Positions 37,874-45,397 of a stretch of 59,392 nucleotides of DNA are shown here, piece by piece. The position numbers and the translations under genes are program-made. The stretch covers positions 186,001 to 245,392 of the forward strand of contig JAXLQJ010000006.1 of the NCBI GenBank assembly GCA_046331705.1, written 5' to 3'. Position 1 is the stretch's first letter, and each line of letters starts with the position of its first letter. A model generated the notes under the pieces. It did no database searches and had not been told where the DNA came from. It was given only the letters and a program-made list of their open reading frames with translations. This DNA comes from a bacterium. Its GTDB lineage: Bacteria > JADJOY01.

Positions 37874-39891
37874 GATCGTGGATCGGCATCGTGGCGCTGC
37901 TGGCGACGGGCGCCTGGCTCGCGTTCGGGAATGCGTGGACGCCGGTGCTGTGGTCGGCGTTGGTGGCGCACGTGGTGGTGGGAGTGCTGGTGGTGCCGTT
38001 GGTGTTGCGGGGGCTCTTCCGGCGGCTGCGTTCGTTCGTGCCGGAGCTGGCGCCCCAGACCGCGTTCGCGACGCTCGTGCTGGTGGTGCTGGTGTTCCTG
38101 CTCCCCTACCTGCGCATACCCATCGGTCTGTCGCCTTCGCATACCGCGTGGGTGTGGCTCGCGCTGGCGGTGTCGGGCGCCGTCGCGCTGCGCGGTCTGC
38201 GCGGCTGGTTCGGGCGGGTGATGTGGTCGCCGCGGTTCGTGGTGGAGCTGCTTCACGCCCTGTTGTGGGCGATGGCGGCGACCACGGGACCGATGCTGGT
38301 GCTGCTCGGCGGTGGCCGGCCGTTGGCGATGCTGTTCGCCGTCCATCGCTTCGGCGGACTGCTGATGGTGGGGCTCGGCGTGATCGCGCTGGGCCGAATC
38401 GCCTGGGCTCGCATCCGCGACCGTCGGCCGATCGTCGTCCGCGAATGGGGCGTGGTGCTGGTCGCGACGCTGGTGATCGCGGCGGCGGCGGCCGAGCCGC
38501 GGCTGCGTGTGCGCGAGGTCGCGATCCATCTCTCGACCACGCCTTACGCCGAGCGCCCGGAGGCGGAGCGGGACGCCTTGCCGCTGCCCTTCGATCCGGA
38601 GCTCGCGAGCCTCGATCGAAGCTGCGGCGTCGAGGGCGGCTGCCACGCCGGCGTGCTCGCCGACCACGCGCGCTCGTCTCACGACCGGTCGATGAAGCCA
38701 CGGCACTTCCAGCGCACGCTCGAGCTGCTGGCGCACGAGACCGGAGCCGAGGAGACGGCGATCTGTCTCGGCTGCCATCAGCCGAGCGCTCTCGCGGAGC
38801 CGCAGCCGCCGCGGCCCGACTACGCGGCGCATTCGGACATGGGCTGTGTGTTCTGCCACAGCTTCTCGCGCGTGGAGCTGTCCGCGGATCGCACCCACTC
38901 GGTCATCCATCTGCGCCTGGACGAACGCGGGCTCGAGCCCTTCCGAGGCGCCGAGCGCAACGGCGGCGTGCTCGGTCGCTGGCTGCGCTGGGCGGTCGAT
39001 CTCACGCCACGGGCTCACGGCCGCGCGCTCGCGCCAGCGGTGTTGAAGAGCGACGCGGCGTGCCTGGTCTGCCATCAGGCGCAGATCGAGCCCGCGCCGG
39101 CGGCGCGAAGCTGCGTCACCTGTCACATGCCGCCCCGCCAGCAGCTGCGCCTGGCGACCGAGAACGAGCCGGAGTCGCTGGCACGAAGCCATCTCTTTCC
39201 GGGCACCAACACGCTCCTGCCGCTGGGATTGGGAGATCGCTCGACGGCAGCGCTGCTGGAAGCCTGGGCCTCGAGCGAGATGCTCACCGAGGATTTCCCG
39301 TTCGAGGAGTACCGCGCGATCCCCAGGGCATTGCCGACGCTCGGTCCCGAGCGATTGGGCGAGTTCCGCTACGTCGACGTGGCCATCGACACCTCCGCGC
39401 CGCGCGAGCGGGGTGGTTCGTGGCCGCTCGTCGTGCGCACCACGAATCTCTCGATCGACCACGCGTTCCCAGCAGGTCCCATGGACTTGCTCGAGATGTG
39501 GCTCGAGCTCGAGGTGCGGGACGAGACCAGCCGCGTGCTCTTCGTCAGCGGCCAGCGCGACTCGGCGGGGCTGCTCGCCGCGGACACGCACCGCATGGGC
39601 GGACACGCCCTCGATCGAGACGGGCACCGCCTCGAACGCTACCGCGTGTGGCGCAGCGCGGGGGACGTGGTCGAGCGTAGCCTCGACCGAGGAGAGAGCA
39701 CCATCGATCGCTTCGAGGTTCCACTTCCCGCCGACGTCGGCCAGCGATTGACGATCCGGGCGCGCTGGCTCTACCGCGAGATCAACCCCGAGTTCGCGCG
39801 CTGGGCGTACGACGGACAGCCGCCCGAGCTGCCTGTCATCGAGGTCGCGCGCGGGTTCGCCCAAGCGCCCGTGCCCCGCGTCCGCTCGTAG
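37870..39891 (+). CDS. Membrane-anchored multiheme c-type cytochrome, paralog D
   Basis: ATGA coupling; TM domain; CGVEGGCH, CLGCH, CVFCH, CLVCH, CVTCH; TTNLSIDHAFPAGPMD..EMWLE. Confidence 0.85.
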   Translation: MRSWIGIVALLATGAWLAFGNAWTPVLWSALVAHVVVGVLVVPLVLRGLFRRLRSFVPELAPQTAFATLVLVVLVFLLPYLRIPIGLSPSHTAWVWLALAVSGAVALRGLRGWFGRVMWSPRFVVELLHALLWAMAATTGPMLVLLGGGRPLAMLFAVHRFGGLLMVGLGVIALGRIAWARIRDRRPIVVREWGVVLVATLVIAAAAAEPRLRVREVAIHLSTTPYAERPEAERDALPLPFDPELASLDRSCGVEGGCHAGVLADHARSSHDRSMKPRHFQRTLELLAHETGAEETAICLGCHQPSALAEPQPPRPDYAAHSDMGCVFCHSFSRVELSADRTHSVIHLRLDERGLEPFRGAERNGGVLGRWLRWAVDLTPRAHGRALAPAVLKSDAACLVCHQAQIEPAPAARSCVTCHMPPRQQLRLATENEPESLARSHLFPGTNTLLPLGLGDRSTAALLEAWASSEMLTEDFPFEEYRAIPRALPTLGPERLGEFRYVDVAIDTSAPRERGGSWPLVVRTTNLSIDHAFPAGPMDLLEMWLELEVRDETSRVLFVSGQRDSAGLLAADTHRMGGHALDRDGHRLERYRVWRSAGDVVERSLDRGESTIDRFEVPLPADVGQRLTIRARWLYREINPEFARWAYDGQPPELPVIEVARGFAQAPVPRVRS

Positions 39892-39960
39892 GGCGCGGAC
39901 TCGTCTCGCACCGGCGGTGGCGCCGCCGGGGACGCGAGCCGGTCCCATCTCAGCCCTGCC

Positions 39961-40077
39961 CTCACCACCGAGTATCAGCACGACGAGTTCGGGAACGTGA
40001 AGGTCACGACCCAGTACGTGGATGGTGATCCGATCGTCACGACCTCGACGTATGACGCCAACGGGAACCCCCTGACA
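39961..40077 (+). pseudogene. Orphan RHS/YD-repeat fragment
   Basis: Translates as LTTEYQHDEFGNVKVTTQYVDGDPIVTTSTYDANGNPLT, i.e. two YD-like units. There is no start codon ahead of the first unit, and it runs into the repeat array. Confidence 0.55.
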
Positions 40078-40158
40078 GGGTGCCACCCACCTTGCTGAAC
40101 CCCTGACAGGGTGCCACCCACCTTGCCCCCTGACAGGGTGCCACCCACCTTGCTGAAC
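40069..40158. repeat. Tandem array of three identical 26-mers CCCCTGACAGGGTGCCACCCACCTTG (REP-like)
   Basis: Copies at 40069-40094, 40100-40125 and 40127-40152. Each contains the palindromes CCCTG-A-CAGGG and GGGTG-C-CACCC. Confidence 0.92.
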
Positions 40159-40350
40159 GCGGGCGTTGAACGGGTGCCCCGCGATCTCGACTGACCGCAG
40201 CAACCTCCTCGGTGAGGGCGTTCTCGAAGGCGTTGCGGGCAAGCGAGTGGACGATAGCGATCGCGAGGAGCGTCGCTGCGCGCACGACGCACACGTCCCG
40301 CGTTCACGACGGTGTGATCGTGCTCGATCGATCTGACGCTGCGAACGTCG

Positions 40351-41274
40351 CTACGTCTGCAACGGGACGATCAAGGGTCGCCAGGGCGGAAAGGTGAACG
40401 CCGGGAACCCCACCCGGAGCGCTCCCTCACGAAAGCGCGCCGAGACGTCGCGATAGGTTGCGACGAGACTGCGCCAGCGCTCCCGAAACTCCTGCCAGAG
40501 CGCGCGCCGCGTCGTGTGACAGAGCGGTTGCGGCGAGTGATCGGATCGCGTCGGTGCGTCGTTCGCGTCCTGGCGGAGGATCTTCTTCACGCCGAGAACC
40601 GGCTTGCCGCGATGCTGCTCGCGGAGCGCCTGCGCCCGGCGCTCGACGGCGCGCACGATCGCGTTCGGATCGAGCACTCCTCCGTCGCCGTCGTCGACCG
40701 GCGTGATCGTGACGGTCTCCTCCTCGAAGAAGTCCTCTTGTTTGACCTTCTTCCCCGCGCGCTGGGCGTTCGCCTTGGCGAGCTCGTACGCGGTCTCGTT
40801 GAGGCGACGAAACCGGAAGGTCTCGGGCTGCTCGCTCTTCGTCCAGAGCAAGATCCCGGGCCAGTCGCGCCAGTCCTCGAGTAATCGATCGTCGATCGGG
40901 TTGCAGACGAGGTAGGCGAGGCGCTCGGCCACGGCCTCGTCGTCGAGGATGGGCTCGGCCGAGAAGCGTCGATGGAAGACCGGCCCGCGCCGCTCGCGGA
41001 GTGCGTTGACGTCCTTGGCGAGCTTGCCGAGGAAGTAGCCGCAGAAGGCACTCAGCGAGCCGTCTCGATCCGTCACGCACGCGTGCAGGTGATTCGATGC
41101 CACGTAGAGCGCGTGCGCCTGGATTCCAGGAAAGTGCTTCAGCGCGCGCCCAAACCAGAACCCGACGCGTTGGTTGAGCGCCGCGCTCGGGACCAGGAAG
41201 AACCGCGCCTCGAGTGCCCGCGTCGTGACGAACCAGCGGGTGCGCGGCTGAAGCCAGCGAATCGGTCGCGCCAT
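40351..41274 (-). mobile_element. HUH-family (IS200/Y1, REP-associated tyrosine transposase-like) transposase
   Basis: MARPIR, FVTTR, SNHLH (HUH), RGPVFHRRF, LAYLVCNP (catalytic Tyr), DWPG; flanked by repeat arrays. Confidence 0.85.
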
Positions 41275-41290
41275 GGCGCAGTTGCGCATC

Positions 41291-41305
41291 GCACTCCGCG
41301 TGCCG
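41291..41305 (-). promoter_or_regulatory. Possible sigma54 (-24/-12) promoter of the transposase
   Basis: The minus strand reads CGGCACGCGGAGTGC (GG-N10-GC), ending 16 nt before the ATG. Confidence 0.3.
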
Positions 41306-41527
41306 CGTACCGGGCGCGAGATCACACGCTTTTGCACCGCACGCCGGCGCGCGCTGCGCCCGGAGCTTCGCAGGTGGTGCGGCCGCGAGGGCGCGCTCCG
41401 CTCCTGGTTCCTTCCCCCGTCCGGATTGGTGACCTGCCCGGCATTCCTCGGGCCGCTCGCTCCTGAGACGCGGCCTCTCCGTTCGTGGCTCGGCCCGGAC
41501 CGCGCCTGGGCCGGATACCAGCCGGCC

Positions 41528-41663
41528 GCGCGCAGATCGGAGGGTGGCACCTGTGCTGCTAGGGGGGCGGCGCGCAGATCGGAGGGTGGCACCTGTGCTA
41601 GGGAGGCGCGCAGATCGGAGGGTGGCACCTGTGCTAGGCACCTGTGCTAGGGCACCTGTGCTA
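41528..41663. repeat. Tandem array of three identical 30-mers GCGCGCAGATCGGAGGGTGGCACCTGTGCT plus two 13-mer partial copies (REP-like)
   Basis: Copies at 41528-41557, 41570-41599 and 41606-41635. GGCACCTGTGCTA recurs at 41637-41649 and 41651-41663. Confidence 0.92.
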
Positions 41664-41675
41664 TCCCTGTCGAAC

Positions 41676-43109
41676 ATGGCGCCCGATCGAGCGGTCGAGC
41701 AGCGCGGAGCGCCTCTCACGGATTCGCGGACGCAGCCATCGCGAGGTCGACGCGCGCGACAGTGGGCGTGGGCGATTGCTCTTGCGATGACCGTCCTCGG
41801 GCTCGCGCCGAGCTCGCTGGTGTTGGCGGAGGCCTACCTCGGACGGGCCGGGCGCATCGCGCTCGTGGTCGCGCTGGTGGCGGCGCCCGTGATCGGCCGC
41901 CCCATCCCGATGCTGGGGTGCATCCGCGCCGCGACCCGGCGCGCGAGCACCCTGCCGATCTTCTCCCGGCCCGGTTTCGAGCTCTGGTGGTGCGTGCTGC
42001 TGGTGCTCTGGAGCGTCGGGCTCGCGACGGCGTTCCCGGGCCATCTACGCGGCGCGCTCGGGGCCGAGATCATCCGTGTCGAGGACCTGGCACACGGGTG
42101 GAAGGCTTCCCGAATCGGCTGGGCGGCGGAGCGTCACGAGCTCGTCGGCGTGCATGCGGACGGCGCGGACTATCTCGGCTTCACGATCGTGGACGTGTCG
42201 GGCACGCCGCCGGTGTCGCGCTTCTTCGCCGCTCCTTGGGACAACGCGGTGCTCGACCTCACGATGCTCGGCGCGCACGGGCTCGCCGTGGCCCACACCG
42301 AGCACGACGACAAGAGCTTCCTGATCGACCTCGATCGGCGCATGGCAGAGACACGGCCGGAGGCCGGCGTCATCGCGTCGGCCTTCGACCCGGTGAACGA
42401 CCGCATCCACGTGATCCAGCGGGGGAAGCGCACCGCGATCACGGGCGGGGACACCGCGGTACTCACGCTCGACCTCGACGACTACCTCGCTCAGCGCTGG
42501 AGCGAGGCCCGGCGCCACGAGCTCGCGACTCCCGAGGCGCCCACGGCCCTGGCAATGGACCCGCGCGACCCGGATCACCTCTACGTGCGCGGCGAGGGCG
42601 GCACGCGTGGCATCGCCGACATCGACCTCGCGAGCGGCGCGGCGCGTACGCTGGACTTGCCGCCGCCCCTCGGTGGTCTCGCCGTCGACGCGGCGCGCAG
42701 GCGCGCATACGTCACCAACGGAGCGCGCAGCTCGCTCTACGAGATCTCGCTCGACGGCTTCGACCTCGAACGAGAGGTGTGGCTCGGCGGCGTCCCCGGC
42801 ACCCTGGACGTGCTGACGGGCACGGGCGCGATCGCCGTGGGCACGCGCATGACGGGCGAGCTGCTGGTCCTCGACCAAGACACGCTCGACGTCCACGTCC
42901 GGCTCAAGACCTGCTGGCGAAAGGACCCTGCCTTCCGAGCAGGCGCAGCGCTCTTTCTGGGCGAGATGCGCGAGCTTCGCTGGGACGAGCCGAGCCGCAC
43001 GCTGTTCGTGGCCGACGTGTGCGGGCTGCGCCGCGTGCGCTTCCCCGCGGGCTGGCGGATCCGCGGAGCCGATCCGGAGACGAAGGCGCCAGCGGGAGGT
43101 CCCACGTGA
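41676..43109 (+). CDS. Membrane-anchored YncE-like beta-propeller protein, copy 2
   Basis: Paralog of 33405-34826: RVEDLAHGWK vs RVEDLVHGWK, RRAYVTN, TGELLVLD, LRWDE...VADVCG. Confidence 0.78.
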   Translation: MAPDRAVEQRGAPLTDSRTQPSRGRRARQWAWAIALAMTVLGLAPSSLVLAEAYLGRAGRIALVVALVAAPVIGRPIPMLGCIRAATRRASTLPIFSRPGFELWWCVLLVLWSVGLATAFPGHLRGALGAEIIRVEDLAHGWKASRIGWAAERHELVGVHADGADYLGFTIVDVSGTPPVSRFFAAPWDNAVLDLTMLGAHGLAVAHTEHDDKSFLIDLDRRMAETRPEAGVIASAFDPVNDRIHVIQRGKRTAITGGDTAVLTLDLDDYLAQRWSEARRHELATPEAPTALAMDPRDPDHLYVRGEGGTRGIADIDLASGAARTLDLPPPLGGLAVDAARRRAYVTNGARSSLYEISLDGFDLEREVWLGGVPGTLDVLTGTGAIAVGTRMTGELLVLDQDTLDVHVRLKTCWRKDPAFRAGAALFLGEMRELRWDEPSRTLFVADVCGLRRVRFPAGWRIRGADPETKAPAGGPT

Positions 43110-44404
43110 GAAAGCTGCACATTCTCTGGGGTTGGATCTTCGCCGGCTCCTTCGCCGCCAGCGGCTTCTGGATGCAGCACGCCTTTCCGAGCGCCTGGCA
43201 CGGCGACCGTGGCATGCGGATGTTCTATCGATCGGCCCACGTCTACATCCTGCTCGGCGCGCTCCTCAACTCGGTCCTCGGCGCCTATCTGCGCCCCGCC
43301 CGCACGCCCGTACGCCAGCGGGTCCAGCTCGCCGGGTCGGCGCTGGTCCTGATGTCGCCGGTGTTCTTCACCCTGGCGTTCTGGTTCGAGGCCGAGCCCG
43401 GCGGCATGAGCCGACCGCTCTCGGCAACGGGCCTCGCGGTCGCGATCTTCGGCGCGCTCGGCCATCTCTTCGCCACGCGCGAGCAAGGCCTGGGCCCACC
43501 CGCGGCGCTCGAAGGCGGCTGGACGCCGGCGCCTTCGAGCCCAGCGCCTGATGCCGCCGCGGGCGTCGCCGCACGGCCATCTCGGCCCGAGCCGGATCGA
43601 GTGCCGGAACGCGAGCCCCTGGTCGGGATCGAACAACGCATCGTGCAGGATTGGACCGCTTCGCGGACGGCGCTGGCGCGCGTGCGCGCGCGCCTCCGTG
43701 CGTGGGGCTGGCGCCGAGTCCTGGCCGTGGTCGTCGCGCTGGGCGCCGCGGTTCTGGGGCTCACCCGGGCGTCGCGGCGCCCGGCCGAGCTGCCTCGCGC
43801 CGTCGCCGAGGTCGAGGTCGAAAAGGTCCTGGCTCGCACCACGATCGCCGTCCAACCGGAGGAGCAGGCCGCCGTGCGCGAAGCCGCTCGGGCGGGACTG
43901 CGCTTCGCGCCGGTTCAGCTCGATGCCGTGATCGACCTCGAGACCAACCTGATGTGGGCCCCGCGCGACAACCGCAACGGCTCGAGCTGGGAGGAAGCGC
44001 GGCTGTTCGCGGAGTCGTACGAAGCTCGCGGCTACTCGGATTGGCGTCTTCCCACGATCGAGGAGCTGCTCGCCCTCTCGGAGGGGATGCGCACCGGAGG
44101 GCCCGAACCGGCGCCGGGCTCGCCCTCGGTGGACCCGACGCTGCCCGTGGGCTACGGCGTGCCGTGGTCGTCCGAGCAGCGCGGCACCGAGGCGGCGCGC
44201 GTCCACCTGAGCAGCGGCTCCGTCGGCTGGGTGCCGCAGACCAGCACCTCGCACAATCGCTCGCTCCCCGTGCGCGATGGCGGCGCCAGCCGTCCCCCGC
44301 CGGCCGAGGAGGTCCGCGCGGAGCGCGCGTTCGTACGCGAGGTCAGCGACCGACTCTTCGCCCCGCGCGACGCGCAGGAGCCGCGGCTGCGCGCGCCCCC
44401 CTGA
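43106..44404 (+). CDS. His-rich membrane domain fused to DUF1566 domain, copy 2
   Basis: GTGA coupling; LHILWGWIF, FYRSAHVY, VIDLETNLMW, GYSDWRLPTIEEL, PVGYGVPWSSE, STSHNR. Confidence 0.8.
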   Translation: MRKLHILWGWIFAGSFAASGFWMQHAFPSAWHGDRGMRMFYRSAHVYILLGALLNSVLGAYLRPARTPVRQRVQLAGSALVLMSPVFFTLAFWFEAEPGGMSRPLSATGLAVAIFGALGHLFATREQGLGPPAALEGGWTPAPSSPAPDAAAGVAARPSRPEPDRVPEREPLVGIEQRIVQDWTASRTALARVRARLRAWGWRRVLAVVVALGAAVLGLTRASRRPAELPRAVAEVEVEKVLARTTIAVQPEEQAAVREAARAGLRFAPVQLDAVIDLETNLMWAPRDNRNGSSWEEARLFAESYEARGYSDWRLPTIEELLALSEGMRTGGPEPAPGSPSVDPTLPVGYGVPWSSEQRGTEAARVHLSSGSVGWVPQTSTSHNRSLPVRDGGASRPPPAEEVRAERAFVREVSDRLFAPRDAQEPRLRAPP

Positions 44405-44462
44405 CGCCCTCGCCGTCGATCGCTGCGGGTGCCTGCGGCGACGCTCGCGCGTTGCGAGCGCT

Positions 44463-45179
44463 TCAGGCGGCTGGTTGCCGGAGCGCTTCGAGCTCGGGGC
44501 CGCGCACCTTGAGGCCGAGCACCATGAAGAGCATCCCGAGCGAGATGAAGATCGGGTTGCGCAGGAACGGCGCGGTCACGGAGACGCCGATCATGAGCGC
44601 GAAGTAGCCCACGAAGTAGGCCACGGCGAAGCGCGCGGGCCGCTGGAACCGCTTCCAGCGAGCGAAGTTGAGAAAGAACGTCTCGTAGTAGCCGCCGCCC
44701 CAGATGACCCACGTGAACAGGTAGTGAACGAACCCGATGTTGTCCATCTCGGGTCGCCACACCCACCAACCCGTGCGCGCGTTCAGGTATTCGAGCGCGA
44801 CGCCGAGCGCGCAGTAGCCGAAGAGCGAGCCGCTCACCATGGGCCAGAAGCGACCGCGCCGGTTCGGCCAGCGCTTCCAGAGCTGCTCGGCGAAGCACAC
44901 GCCCGCGTACGCGAACGTGGCCCGGATCGCCGGCAGGAAGAGCGCGAAGAAGCCGAAGTTCTTGTCGCCGTGCTGGAGCAGGTGCAGGTGCATGACGAAC
45001 GAGAAGTCGCTGAGCTGGCGGCCGAGATCCATGGCGCCCTTGAAGCCGAAGAAGGAGAGCGCGAATCCGAAGAAGATCCGCGTCACGCGCCGTCCGCGCA
45101 CCGCGAGCGAATGGGTGATCGCGGCGGCGAGCGCGGCGAGCGGTACCGCCAGGTACGCGGCTTGGGTGAGCGGCGACAT
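44463..45179 (-). CDS. Integral membrane protein, possibly CruF/DUF422-like
   Basis: About seven TM helices. ALEYLNARTGWWVW resembles the CruF-family WxW segment. Confidence 0.5.
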   Translation of the reverse strand: MSPLTQAAYLAVPLAALAAAITHSLAVRGRRVTRIFFGFALSFFGFKGAMDLGRQLSDFSFVMHLHLLQHGDKNFGFFALFLPAIRATFAYAGVCFAEQLWKRWPNRRGRFWPMVSGSLFGYCALGVALEYLNARTGWWVWRPEMDNIGFVHYLFTWVIWGGGYYETFFLNFARWKRFQRPARFAVAYFVGYFALMIGVSVTAPFLRNPIFISLGMLFMVLGLKVRGPELEALRQPAA

Positions 45180-45397
45180 GGGTCAGGGGTTGGATGGCGC
45201 AGCTGGATCCGTGTCGGCACCTCGGTCCCGGGGTGCCATCCCGTGGCTCGGGGCCGCGCCGCGAGCCGGCGTTCTCGATGCTCCGCTACGCCGTGCCGGT
45301 CGATTCACCGGTGTGGATCGTTCGATCCCGTTCGACCGATCGCTGACGCGGGACCTTCCCGCCCGCTGCCGTTCGGGCGCGACGGTCCAGCCGGCGG

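Noticed and set aside
39889-40098. TAG read-through joining cytochrome D to the in-frame RHS fragment
   Set aside because: D already ends where its paralogs end, being in frame has a one-in-three chance, and no recoding machinery is visible.
40069-41663. CRISPR array interpretation of the 26-mer and 30-mer repeats
   Set aside because: The gaps between copies are only 1-12 nt and are not spacer-like. There are no cas genes in the window.
41275-41675. Peptide repeats (VPPSDLRA, RRADRRVAPVL) as N-terminal extensions of the flanking genes
   Set aside because: They are translations of the DNA repeat array. The plausible starts are 41274 and 41676.
34823-44404. Diversity-generating retroelement targeting the DUF1566 domains
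   Set aside because: There is no reverse transcriptase and no separate template repeat. The two copies look like ordinary diverged paralogs.
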